From the NCBI GenBank assembly GCA_043228905.1, contig JBHGNT010000005.1, positions 20,274,001 to 20,338,000 on the forward strand: a stretch of DNA of 64,000 nucleotides, given 5' to 3'. The stretch's first letter is position 1. The number at the start of each line of letters is the position of its first letter. This document shows positions 25,653 through 37,457 of the stretch, one piece after another. The notes under the pieces were generated by a model. That model did not search any database. It had not been told where the DNA came from and worked only from the letters and a program-made list of their open reading frames with translations. The position numbers were made by a program, and so were the translations under genes. The DNA comes from Azolla caroliniana. Its lineage: Eukaryota > Plantae > Polypodiophyta.

Positions 25653-26136
25653 CACTGTTACGCGCTCTAATCTCGTGCAAAACAGAAATGACAACAACAA
25701 CAAAAAAGTTTGCCCTAAGTCATATTTATACTAATATGACTTTTCGGCTATTTACAAATATAGCCTCGATGGACTCTTAGAAACATATTTACGAATATGT
25801 CTCTTCATCCGGTTCTCACCGGGTCTGCACCATCCGGTTCTCCGTAGCCAGGTACTCCTCATCCGGTCTTCACCGGGTCTGCACCATTCGGTTCTCCGTA
25901 GCCGGGTACTCGTCATCCGGTCTTCACCGGGTCTGTATCATCCGGCTCTCCGTAGCCGGGTACTCCTCATCCGGTCTTCACCGGGTCTGTATCATCCGGC
26001 TCTCCGTAGCTGGGTACTCCTCATCCGGTTCATACCGGGTCTGTATTATCTGGCTCTCCGTAGCCGGGTACTCCTCATCCGGTTCATACCGGGTCTTCAC
26101 CATCCGGAGGGACCTATCTCCCAACAAACTCCCCCT

Positions 26137-26783
26137 TCACTCCGGCATGGGGTGTCTTACCAGTCCGATTCTCTTCCGGCATGCATCCAGCTTGTCGGGT
26201 ATCAACACTTTGGTCAGCATATCTGACCCGTTCTCGGCCGTGTGGATCTTCGACAGTGCGAACTCCTGGTCATCTACTCTTTCCCGGATCCAGTGATACC
26301 TTCGCTGGATATGCTTCGTCCGGGAATGGTAGGCCGCATTCTTAGCAAGGTGGATGGCACTTTGACTGTCGCAATAGAGTCGGTATTCATCTTGCCGGAT
26401 ACCGAGTTCTCCTATGAAGTCCTTCATCCATAAGATTTCCTTGCCGGCTTCCACAGCCGCCATGTACTCCGCCTCCGTGGTTGACAATGCAACCGTTTTC
26501 TGCAGCCTCAACTGCCACGAAACAGCTCCCCCTGCATATGTCATTACATACCCGGATGTAGACCGGCTGGTATCCACATCAACCGACATGTCCGAATTGG
26601 TAAAACCGTCAAGTTGAGGTTTTCCGGAGCCGAATCGGAGACATATTTGAAGTGCCCTTCAAATACCGGAGTATCCATTTGACCGCGTTCCAGTGCTCCT
26701 TGCCGGGATTGCTCATGAACCGGCTCACCACTCCGACTGCGTATCCTATATCCGGTCGGGTACACACCATTGCGTACATCAAG
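26137..26783 (-). pseudogene. pol: Copia F RT C-terminus and RNaseH
   Basis: MYAMVCTRPD, STSGYV, STTEAEY, TKHIQRRYH, NGSDMLTK. Confidence 0.92.
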
Positions 26784-27073
26784 TGTCATAACTAGACTCG
26801 AACCCATAACCTTTTGTTACACGGGTCGAGACTTTACCATTAGGTTATGAATTGTAATTTGAAGGATATTATTTTCATTTAGGTTTTATTGGGAAATTGA
26901 TGTATATTCCAGATTTCTCTGGAACATTCTAGAAACTTCAGGAGTATTCCTGAAGACACTATAAAAGGAGGCGCAAGGCATTAGTTCGAACCAAATCGGT
27001 TCAACGCCAGTCTTAAGCCTTCTAACTACTGTTGTATATCTTCCGTCATATAATACATATATCTTTCGCATCA

Positions 27074-27113
<40 letters not shown>

Positions 27114-27333
27114 ACTCATTCCTTCTCTCAAAGTTCGACACCTCTCATAGTACTAATCCTTCTCTGTCTTAGTACTATTCCCCAACAATAGTACTAATCC
27201 TTCTTTTAGTACTAATTCCTTCTCTGCCTTAATAGAGTTCCTGACAGTTTGAACCGATTTTACTACTAGTCTCCCTCTTCCTTCTGTCTCCCTCCTTTCC
27301 TACTAGTCTCTTATTTCCCTTTTCCTTCATCCC

Positions 27334-28503
27334 ATGGCCACCGTTAGCGCTGAAGAGTATCAATCCGTTTTCTCGGAATTTCAATGCTTGAAAGAGAAGT
27401 TTCATGCTTTGGAACAAGAAAATCAACGCTTGTTGGGGGATCTTCAGCAAATTTCCTTAGAAAAGCAGCAAACGCAACAACAACATGGGGAACTTGCGTT
27501 ACGCGTGCAACAACTCGAAGCAACCATCGTAGCAATGCAACAACAAGGGCACGGAGCACAAGGGATTCATAAAGAACCCAAGATTGGCCTTCCCACGAAG
27601 TTCGATGGAACGCGATCGCAGTTTAGAGGGTTTCTTAACCAGGTACGGTTAGTTATTCAAATGCATCCGTCCCGATATCCCACCGATGCATCACGAGTGG
27701 GTTTAGTAGGCACGTTGTTAAATGGCTCAGCATTAGCATGGTTCGCTCCGCTACTAGAAAAGGAATCTCCAGTACTAAATAATTTTGAAGAATTCATAAG
27801 TGAGTTTAAAGCATGTTTTGGAGATACTGACAGCATAAGGACTGCAATCAACAAAATCCGGCGATTACGCCAAGGTGACCGTCCAGCCTCCGCATATGCT
27901 GCAGATTTCCGCCTACTCGCCGCCGATATCCCCTGGGATGATCAAGCATTGATGGAGCAGTTCCGCTATGGTCTACGCAACGATGTCAAGGATTTACTCT
28001 TGACTTTCCCTGAAGAGCCAAAATCATTAACAGAAGCAATCAGTCGAGCGGTCAGATGTGACAACCGCCTCTTCGAGCGACGTTCGGAACGACAATTTCA
28101 GATGCCGAGGGCAAGATCCGAGCCTACTTATGCCTCAGTGGTAGCGAAACCTTTTCAAAGGGAGTCACATAATGCGCCTCCAGTAAGTACTCCAACTCCA
28201 ATGGAAATTGACACTACACGTCGTCGTGGGCCGCTATCGGAGGAGGAAAAGCAACGACGCCGAACAAACCGATTATGCCTTTATTGCGGTGGACCAGGGC
28301 ATATCGCGATAAACTGTCCCCATAGACCAAGAAGGCAGGTAAACCAAGTCATTGTTAGTTCTGACTATACTAAACCCGAGTCTATTTCAGTAGGAATCTC
28401 TGATAATCCTCATAGTCATAATAGTCCTAATAGTACTAATAGTCTGAATCTCGCAAACAAATTTGATGTCCTTAGCCAATTAGAAGAAGAGTTAAACGAC
28501 TAA
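27334..28503 (+). CDS. gag: Chromovirus G Gag (coiled coil, capsid, CCHC knuckle)
   Basis: Intact 389-aa ORF. EPKIGLPTKFDG, LRQG, PTPMEID, CLYCGGPGHIAINC. Confidence 0.93.
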   Translation: MATVSAEEYQSVFSEFQCLKEKFHALEQENQRLLGDLQQISLEKQQTQQQHGELALRVQQLEATIVAMQQQGHGAQGIHKEPKIGLPTKFDGTRSQFRGFLNQVRLVIQMHPSRYPTDASRVGLVGTLLNGSALAWFAPLLEKESPVLNNFEEFISEFKACFGDTDSIRTAINKIRRLRQGDRPASAYAADFRLLAADIPWDDQALMEQFRYGLRNDVKDLLLTFPEEPKSLTEAISRAVRCDNRLFERRSERQFQMPRARSEPTYASVVAKPFQRESHNAPPVSTPTPMEIDTTRRRGPLSEEEKQRRRTNRLCLYCGGPGHIAINCPHRPRRQVNQVIVSSDYTKPESISVGISDNPHSHNSPNSTNSLNLANKFDVLSQLEEELND

Positions 28504-31500
28504 GTCCAGCCAAAATAGGAGCCGTTTGGTTGGACAGCCCTAGATCTGTGCAGCCCATTAGTGGTTCCATTCCCTCTAAGCAAGTTAGTGATGTGTTCGT
28601 AGCCCAAGTAGCAGTTAGTACTAAAAGTACCCCTCCAGTACATACCTTAGCCCTTCTAGATTCTGGAGCTAATTCTTGCTTCATGGATAGGAATTTTGCC
28701 CGAGCTCATCAGATATCTCTCAGAAAGCTCCCATGTCCGGCCTCAGTAGTAGTCATTGATGGTCGTCCCATTGCTTCTGGTAATATCATAAAGAGTCGGA
28801 ACCCGTTAATATTGTCCTAGATAACTTAACATGTGTAGTATCATTTAATATTATTAGTATTCCAGAACATCCCATAGTTTTAGGATTACCATGGTTCGAG
28901 TTACATGACCCAGACATAGATTGGAGGACAAGGGAAATCCGGTTGCGACAAACCCAAGGATCTACCCAGAAGGTTGCAACCATTTCGCTACGTCAGTTGC
29001 GTGAGGAAGGGCGCAAGGAGGAAATGTTTCTCTTCGCAATATCAGTACAACCCTCCAGCACCACCAAAGAGGAGTCCATCGTTCAACTTCCCGAGAAGTA
29101 TCGTCAGTATGCTGATGTGTTCGATAAAGTACAAGCCAACACACTTCCTCATCATCGGCCGTACGACTGCGCCATCGACTTACAACCAGGAAAAGAGCCG
29201 CCATGGGGGCCGATCTACAATTTGTCACCAACCGAGCTAGAAGTCCTTCGAGCCTATATAGAGGAGAATTTGGAGAACGGTTTCATTCGGCATTCGAAAT
29301 CTCCAGCCGGCGCACCCATTTTCTTCGTCAAGAAAAAAGATGGCTCGCTTCGACTCGTTGTAGATTACCGTGGCTTGAATAAGGTCACAGTAAGAAATAG
29401 GTATGCTCTTCCCCTTATATCAAGTCTTTTAGAACGGATCAACGGTGCCAGGTTCTTCACGAAGATCGACTTACGAGGAGCCTATAACCTCGTACGGATC
29501 CGACCAGGAGATGAATGGAAGACCGCGTTTCGCACCAGATATGGGCACTTCGAGTATACGGTCATGCCGTTCGGACTCACTAATGCGCCGGCAGTCTTCC
29601 AGCACATGGCGAATGATATATTTCGAGATCTCTTGGATGATTTTTTGATCATCTATTTGGATGATCTACTGGTTTATTCAAAGACCCAAGAAGAACATGA
29701 TTCTCATGTACTATTAGTACTAAAACGACTTCGAGAACATGGTCTGTATGCAAAGTTAGAGAAATGTAGTTTCGGGTGCAACCAAGTGGAGTTTCTCGGC
29801 TATGTCATCTCCTCAGAAGGCATATCTATGGACCCAGCCAAGGTCAAAACGGTGATAGAATGGCACACTCCGCGTTCGGTGCGGGATGTGCAATGCTTCC
29901 TAGGCTTTGCAAATTTTTACCGGAAGTTCATACAAAATTACTCAAAAATTGTGCTGCCTCTCACACAACTCACCAGGAAGGGACAATCATTCATTTGGTC
30001 TAAAGAGACGGACATGGCTTTCGAGAGTCTTAAGAAGGCGTTTACATCAGCTCCAATTTTAGGACATGTGGATCCGGAAAAACCATTCATTATCGAAGCT
30101 GACGCATCGGATTTCGCATTGGGGAGCATTCTGTCACAACAGGGTAACGACGAGAAGCTACATCCTGTGGCTTTCCACTCCCGTAAGTTTGACGCCGCCG
30201 AAATCAACTACGAAATTCATGATAAAGAGCTATTAGCAATAGTTGATTCTTTTATGCAATGGAGGCATTTCCTGGAGGGATCTCCTCATCAGGTCACTGT
30301 ATTCAGTGACCACAAGAACCTTGCCTACTTTCAAGATGCTCGTGTACTGAATCGACGTCAAGCTCGGTGGGCCCACTTCCTCACACGCTTCGACTTCAAA
30401 ATTACATATCGTCCGGGGAAGCACCAAGGGAAGGCAGATGCATTATCACGGCGTTCATATCTAACACCACGTCCCGGTGAGCCAGCTTTCGATAACCAGA
30501 AGCAAGTAATCTTGGGTCCAGCACGACTGCAAGCAGCACAGGTCTTTGACATGCCCGTGGATTCCGACATTACCAATACTATACGTGAGGACTTGAAGAT
30601 TGACGCTTTCGCCCAAGCTATACTAGCACAAATTGACCCCTCTCGAGCGTCATGTTCACAATCACAATCACCAGGTACGGATTATCGGCAATTCAAATAC
30701 TGTGATGGATTACTCTTCTTTAAAGAACTTTTGTATGTTCCTAATGGTTCTTGCCGCCTTCGAGTAGTACAAAACTGCCATGACACATATACAGCAGGAC
30801 ATTTTGGTAGTACTAAAACATTAGATTTAGTACAACGATCATTCTGGTGGCCCCGTATGCGACAATTTGTCGAAGATTTTGTTCGGACTTGCGATACATG
30901 CTGCAGAGCGAAAATGCCAAGACATCATCCATATGGGTTATTAGAACCATTACCAATTCCAAGCAAGCCATGGCAATCCATTGCTCTTGACTTCATTACA
31001 GATCTTCCAGTCTCTAAGGGATTCAGTGCGATTCTCACAGTGGTGGATCGATATACGAAGATGGCTCATTTCTTACCATGTACTAAAGAAATATCTAGTG
31101 AAGACACCGCCGAAATTGTCATGCGGGAAGTATGTCGGCATCATGGACTCCCTGATAATATCATCAGCGATCGTGGACCCCAGTTTGTGTCAAAATTCTG
31201 GAAGCACCTTTTTAAAATGCTGAAGGTCACTTGTAACCTCTCCTCCGGCTACCACCCACAAACCGACGGTCAAGCCGAACGAACAAATCAAACACTGGAG
31301 CAGTATCTGCGGTGCTTTCTCAACTATCATCAGAATGACTGGGCAGATATTCTTCAGTTCGCCGAATTTGCCTATAATAACGCTATCCACGCATCGACTA
31401 AAGTCACGCCATTCTACGCTTATACGGGATATCATCCCCGGTGGTGTGTCCTTGAAACCCCAGAAGTGTCCACAAATCCTTGCGCGGAGGATCGTTTGGA

Positions 31501-32086
31501 GCGGTTACGCAAGATACAAGCGGATTTATCTACTCAACTCCAGCAAGCTCAACAATCACACAAGGACTACGCAGATCGTCATCGACTTCCATCCAGTTTT
31601 AACATTGGAGATCGGGTGTGGCTGCTACGACGACACATCAAGACTACTCGCCCATGTGAGAAGTTGGATTATCGGCGATTAGGTCCTTTCCGTATTATCG
31701 GGAAGATTAATGATGTCGCTTTTCGTCTCGAGCTACCTCCGCAACTTCGGATACATCCGGTGTTTCATAGTTCTCTCCTCGAACCCTATCACGAGAGCAC
31801 TATCCCAGGACGTACTATACAACCTCCACCTCCTATCGAGCTCGAAGATGGACCTGAGTATGAGGTCGCTGCCATCCTCGATTCCAAGATTGTTCGCAAC
31901 AAGCTCTACTATCTAGTCGATTGGCTAGGATATAGTCCCAGCGAGCGTACTTGGGAACCGATCGAGAATGTGACCAATGCTCGTGCTCTTCTAGAAGACT
32001 TCCATCGACGATATCCCCAGAAACCGGGTCCTCAATCCAAAACGACTCGTGAAACTCGTCGTTTCAAAGGGGGGATAGTGTCATAA
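28491..32086 (+). CDS. pol: Chromovirus G Pol (PR-RT-RNaseH-IN-chromodomain), -1 frame relative to gag, one 1-bp deletion near 28790
   Basis: [45 protein letters not shown], chromodomain EYEVAAILDS...YLVDWLGY...TWEP. Confidence 0.92.
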
Positions 32087-32368
32087 CTAGACTCGAACCC
32101 ATAACCTTTTGTTACACGGGTCGAGACTTTACCATTAGGTTATGAATTGTAATTTGAAGGATATTATTTTCATTTAGGTTTTATTGGGAAATTGATGTAT
32201 ATTCCAGATTTCTCTGGAACATTCTAGAAACTTCAGGAGTATTCCTGAAGACACTATAAAAGGAGGCGCAAGGCATTAGTTCGAACCAAATCGGTTCAAC
32301 GCCAGTCTTAAGCCTTCTAACTACTGTTGTATATCTTCCGTCATATAATACATATATCTTTCGCATCA

Positions 32369-32410
<42 letters not shown>

Positions 32411-32548
32411 ACTCATTCCTTCTCTCAAAGTTCGACACCTCTCATAGTACTAATCCTTCTCTGTCTTAGTACTATTCCCCAACAATAGTACTAATCCTTC
32501 TTTTAGTACTAATTCCTTCTCTGCCTTAATAGAGTTCCTGACATCAAG

Positions 32549-35500
32549 CTCCCGACGGCAGAGGCATATGGAATCTTCATCATATCCGCCTTCTTTGCTT
32601 TCGTCTTCGGGCTTTGCTTACCGGATAGCCTGCAGTTTGCCGGAAGTGTCGATCCAATCGGTTTCGCATTTGACATGTTGAACTGGTGAAGCACCTTTGT
32701 CACGTACTTCTCCTGTGACAGCCATAATTGCTTCTTTGACCGGTTCCGAGTGATGTGCATCCCCAGCATCTGTCTTGCCGGACCCAAGTCTTTCATTGAA
32801 AAGGTCCGGTTGAGAGCCTTCTTCAGCATCCGTATTTTGACTTGGTCACGTCCGGCGATCAACATGTCGTCCACGTACAGAAGGAGTATCAGGAAGTCGC
32901 CTTCTTCGAACTTCTTCACAAACACGCAGTGGTCGGCCTGCGTCTTGTGGTACCCTTGATCGGCCATGAAGGAATTGAACTTCCGGTACCATTGCCGGGG
33001 GGCCTGCTTTAACCCGTAGAGGCTCTTCTTCAACCAGCAAACCAGGTGCTCCTTCCCTTTCTCCACGAATCCTTCCGGTTGCTGCATGTAGATCTCCTCT
33101 TCGAGGTCACCGTGAAGGAATGCCATCTTCACGTCTAGCTGCTCTACCTCGAGGTCCATGCTTGTCGCTATACTCAGCACCGTCCGGATGGAGGTCATCT
33201 TTACTACAGGGGAAAATATCTCATCGAAGTCCACACCCTTCTTCTGCTAGAACCCCTTCACCACGATCCTGGCTTTGTATCTCGGGGGGTTGCCAGCATC
33301 TCCTGGTTTCAACTTGTACACCCACTTGTTTCGGAGTGCCCGCTTTCCTTTTGGCAACTCCACCAATTCGTACGTATGGTTCTCATGCAGGGAATCCATC
33401 TCATCCTGCATGGCACTTAGCCATTTTCGGCTGTGAGTGTCTTCCTTCGCTTCTTCGAAGCTTTCCGGCTCCCCCTCATCGGTCAGCAGAACCTGCTCTG
33501 CATCCGGAAATCTCCGGGGGGGCCTTCTCTCTCTGAGAGGATATCTCCGTCTCTGGGCTTCGGTAATCGGCTCCTCTATTTGCTCTTCATCCGAATCTGA
33601 TTCGGGGTCTTGGCCGGTTCCGGTTTCAGCTTCCACTACTTCTTCTTCAGCCTGTTCGGTATCCTCACCGTAACCGGCTGGTCCCTCGAGTGCTAACCGG
33701 TCTCTTGCCGGTTGGGTCTGCTCATCGTAGAGTCAATCTTTACCGGTCAACTCGGACTTCATTATCTTCTTCTCCGACTCCCAGTTGGCGAGCGTCTTGT
33801 CCTCCATGAAGATAATATCTCGACTCCGGAATACCTTCTTGTCCACCAGGTCCCACACTCGGTAGCCGAACTCATCGTCACCGTAACCGAGGAATATGCA
33901 TGGCCGGGTCTTTGGATCTAACTTTCCTCTCCGGTCCTTAGCTACATGGACGTACGTGAGACACCCGAACACCTTCAGATACCGGTAGGACACTTCCTTA
34001 CCGGTCCATACTCTCTGTGGCGTGTCTCTGTCCAAGGGTACTGAGGGTGATCTGTTTATCACATATGTCGCCGTCGACAGTGCCTCAGCCCAAGACTTCT
34101 TGGGTAGTTTTGCATGCGCTAGCATACTCCGGACCCTCTCCATTATGGTCCGGTTCATCCTCTCGGCCAGTCCGTTTAGTTCCGGTGTCTTCGGCACGGT
34201 AAATTCGACCCGGATTCCCTTCGAGCGGCAGTACTCCTCGAACTGCCCCCGGTATTCTCCTCTGTTATCTACTCGAACCGCCTTCAGCTTCCGGCCGGTT
34301 TCTCTTTCCACTCTCGCGTGGAGCTCCTTGAAGACGGATAGCACCTGATCCTTCGTCTTCAGCGGTGTGGCCCACAGCTTCCGGCTGTGGTCATCTATGA
34401 ACGTCACGAATTACTGCGCTCCGGCATGTGACTTCGTGTCTACTTGACACACATCCGTATGCACCAACTCTAGTGGTGCATTACGTCTCATCGGTGGCCT
34501 TGGTCGGAAAGATGTCTGGTTCTGCTTACCGGCCAGACAATCAGTGCACTTCTCTAAGTGCACGTTCTTCACTGGAATGAGGTTGTCATCTGCAAGCCTC
34601 TTCATCCCCTTCTCGCTCATATGACACAGCCTCTTGTGCCACAACTCACCGGCAGTGTCGGATGCCACGTTCACTTCTTCCGGGCATAACCGGGCATTCA
34701 TCAGGTACAATGTGTTTACCTTCCGGGCCCGAGCCACAATCAGGCTCCCTTTGCTGAACTTCATGACACCGTTCCGGATGCTACCCGTGTAGCCCTCATC
34801 ATCTAGCCGACCGGCTGATATCAGGTTCAGACGAACCTCCGGAACGTGTCGGACATCCTTCAGCAGCAACTTGCATCAGGTTGGTGTTGACAACCACACG
34901 TCTCCTATGCCGACAATTCGGCATGTTCCTTCATTCCCCATCCGGACACAGCCGTGATCACCGGCTGAATAGGATGAGAAGCACTTCCTGTCCGGGGTAA
35001 GGTGGAATGATGCTCCGGAGTCTACCACCCAAGTCATCTTGTCGCCGGCAAGGTTTATCTCACTCTCCTCGGTGATGACCATCAACTCTTATTCACTTGC
35101 CGTGATTGCCGTCGTTCCCTTCCGGTCCGGCCCCCTCCGGTCTTTACCGTTCCGGTCCGGGATCCGCTTCGAATCGGTACCGTTGGTCTCCTTATCTTTT
35201 CGGAAATGCCGACAGTTCTTTTGGAAGTGTCCCGGTTTGCCGCAATAGAAGCAAGTGGGCCTCCCCCTTGACTTTGACCGTGTCCCCGACTTCTCCCGGT
35301 TCTGGGGACTACGGTTTCTATGTCTTCCGCGTTCGGATTCAGTAAGGAGTGCTTTGGAGTCGGAGCTCGTATCTTTATCTTTCCGACGCGCCTCCTCATC
35401 TAGCAAGCTCGACTTTACTCTTGCTAGGGATAACCGTTTTCCTTCCGGCCCGACGTTGACCAAAGTGACAACCAACGTCTCCCAGCTATCCGAGAGGGAG

Positions 35501-35946
35501 TGGAGCAGGAGTAGCGCTAGTACCTCATCGGCGAGAGGTACTTCCAATGAAGTTGCCTGGTGGATCAGCCCTTGGAAGGCATTCATGTGCTCCACCATGC
35601 TGGAGCCATCTTGGTACCGGAGTCTTACTAGCTTCCGGAATACCGAAACCTGATTAACAACATTTTTGTTTTGAAACATTATGCTGATCTTCTCCCAGAG
35701 CTCATGAGTCTTGCTCTCTTCATTGAAGTTGTTGTATAGGCTCATGTCGATGAAGCACCGTATGTACGCCGTTGTCTTCATGTGCATCACCTCCCATATC
35801 GCGGCGTCGATTTTGTCCGGTCTCTTGTCCCCGAACTGAACCGGCAGCCAGAGGTCTTTAACCACGAGCATGTCCCTCATCTTCGACTTCCACACTGAAT
35901 AGTTGGAGCCGGTGAGCTTGAACATGCCGCCAAACGATTCGTCCAT
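32549..35946 (-). pseudogene. gag-pol: Copia F gag-protease-integrase-RT with premature stops
   Basis: MDESFGGM..., CFYCGKPGHFQKNC, WVVDSGASFH, integrase and RT motifs (LLLYVDDML). Confidence 0.92.
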
Positions 35947-37210
35947 TTTCTGTGTCGTTTCCCTCTAATACCACTTGACGGGAACTGGTCGTTCCTTATG
36001 CTCAACGCTCGGCCACAACCGAGCTTAGAATCATACACAGAAAAGCGGGAACTAAATGCACGACACAAAGGAGAGAAAAAGGTACACTAGATGTTTACGT
36101 GGAAAACCCAAACTAAGGGAAAAACCACAGCAGCCCACAGGCTGCAAACTATCACTATGTTGGAATGTACAAACAGTGAGTTCACGGAGGCAACAACCTC
36201 GTGCTCACGATCTTCGCCACAAGCGGCGGTTACAACTGAGGCAACGACCTCTTTCTCTCTCTCTCTCTCTCTCTCTGTACACTGTTACGCACTCTAATCT
36301 CGTGCAAAACAGAAATGACAACAACAACAAAAAAGTTTGCCCTAAGTCATATTTATACTAATATGACTTTTCGGCTATTTACAAATATAGCCTCGATGGA
36401 CTCTTAGAAACATATTTACGAATATGTCTCTTCATCCGGTTCTCACTGAGTCTGCACCATCTAGTTCTCCGTAGCCGGGTACTCCTCATCCGGTCTTCAC
36501 CGGGTCTGCACCATCCGGTTCTCCGTAGCCGGGTACTCGTCATCCGGTCTTCACTGGGTCTGTATCATCCGGCTCTCCGTAGCCGGGTACTCCTCATCCG
36601 GTCTTCACCGGGTCTGTATCATCCGGCTCTCCGTAGCTGGGTACTCCTCATCCGGTTCATACCGGGTTTGTATCATCCGGCTCTCCGTAGCCGGGTACTC
36701 CTCATCCGGTTCATATCGGGTCTTCACCATCCAGAGGGACCTATCTCCCAACATTCGGTACCTAAAAGGCTTCTCGAACGTGTGTCTTCGTTTCGGTTCA
36801 AGTAACCCCACACTGGAAGGTTATACTAACTCGAACATGTCAACTGATGTGGATACAAGCCGATCCATGTCCAGGTATGTAATCACTTATGTAGGGGGAG
36901 CCATTTCATGGCAGTCGAGGCTGCAGAAGGCCGTGGCGCTGTCGACCACAGAAGCCGAATATATGGCCGCAACTGAAGCCCGCAAGGAAATCATATGGAT
37001 GAAGGAGTTTATCGGTGAGTTGGAAATTCGGTAGGAGGAATTCCAACTCCATTCTGATAACTAGAGTGCCATGCACCGGGGGAGTAAAGGGGGCGTTTGT
37101 TTGGAAACATGGCCCTTCGGATGGGAAGAGAAGTACCGTGTTGGTGAGTATCGAAAATCGAAAATCGAAATCGTTTCGGAAGACTATAATTGTAAATAGT
37201 CTAAACTGGC

Positions 37211-37420
37211 CCTTGTGGGCTATACTTGTAAATAGCTAGAAAGTTGCTTTTGTTTATAAGAAACTAGGGCAAACTTTTGTAAGTGTAGTTGATCATTATT
37301 GAAAAAGTAAGAATGCCTTGTGGGCTATACTTGTAAATAGCCAAAAAGTTTCTTTTGTTTATAAGAAACTAGGGCAAACTTTAGTAAGTGTAGTTGATCA
37401 TTATTGAAAAAGTAAGCATG
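37211..37420. repeat. 105-bp tandem duplication of the TATA region within the E 3' LTR
   Basis: CCTTGTGGGCTATACTTGTAAATAGC starts at 37211 and at 37316. Confidence 0.85.
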
Positions 37421-37457
37421 AGGAAGTTGCCTCTATAACCGTGAGTGAGAGAGTAAG

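Larger units (their letters stand above)
26784..32543 (+). mobile_element. Young Ty3/gypsy chromovirus G (Tcn1-like)
   Basis: LTRs 26784-27246 and 32079-32543 appear identical except for one CT unit. TSD TCAAG. PPT AAAGGGGGGATAG precedes the 3' LTR. No tRNA PBS. Confidence 0.97.
25350..36753 (-). mobile_element. Full-length Ty1/copia element F, interrupted by gypsy G
   Basis: 5' LTR 35976-36753, PBS TGGTATTAGAG 35963-35973, PPT ~26129-26140, 3' LTR 25350-26126. TSD TTCGG on both sides. Confidence 0.95.

Noticed and set aside
10624-37073. CATG at several rearrangement junctions (10624, 18290, 37070), suggesting restriction-ligation chimeras
   Set aside because: A 4-mer is common, and each case is explained by microhomology. 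It cannot be tested without reads.
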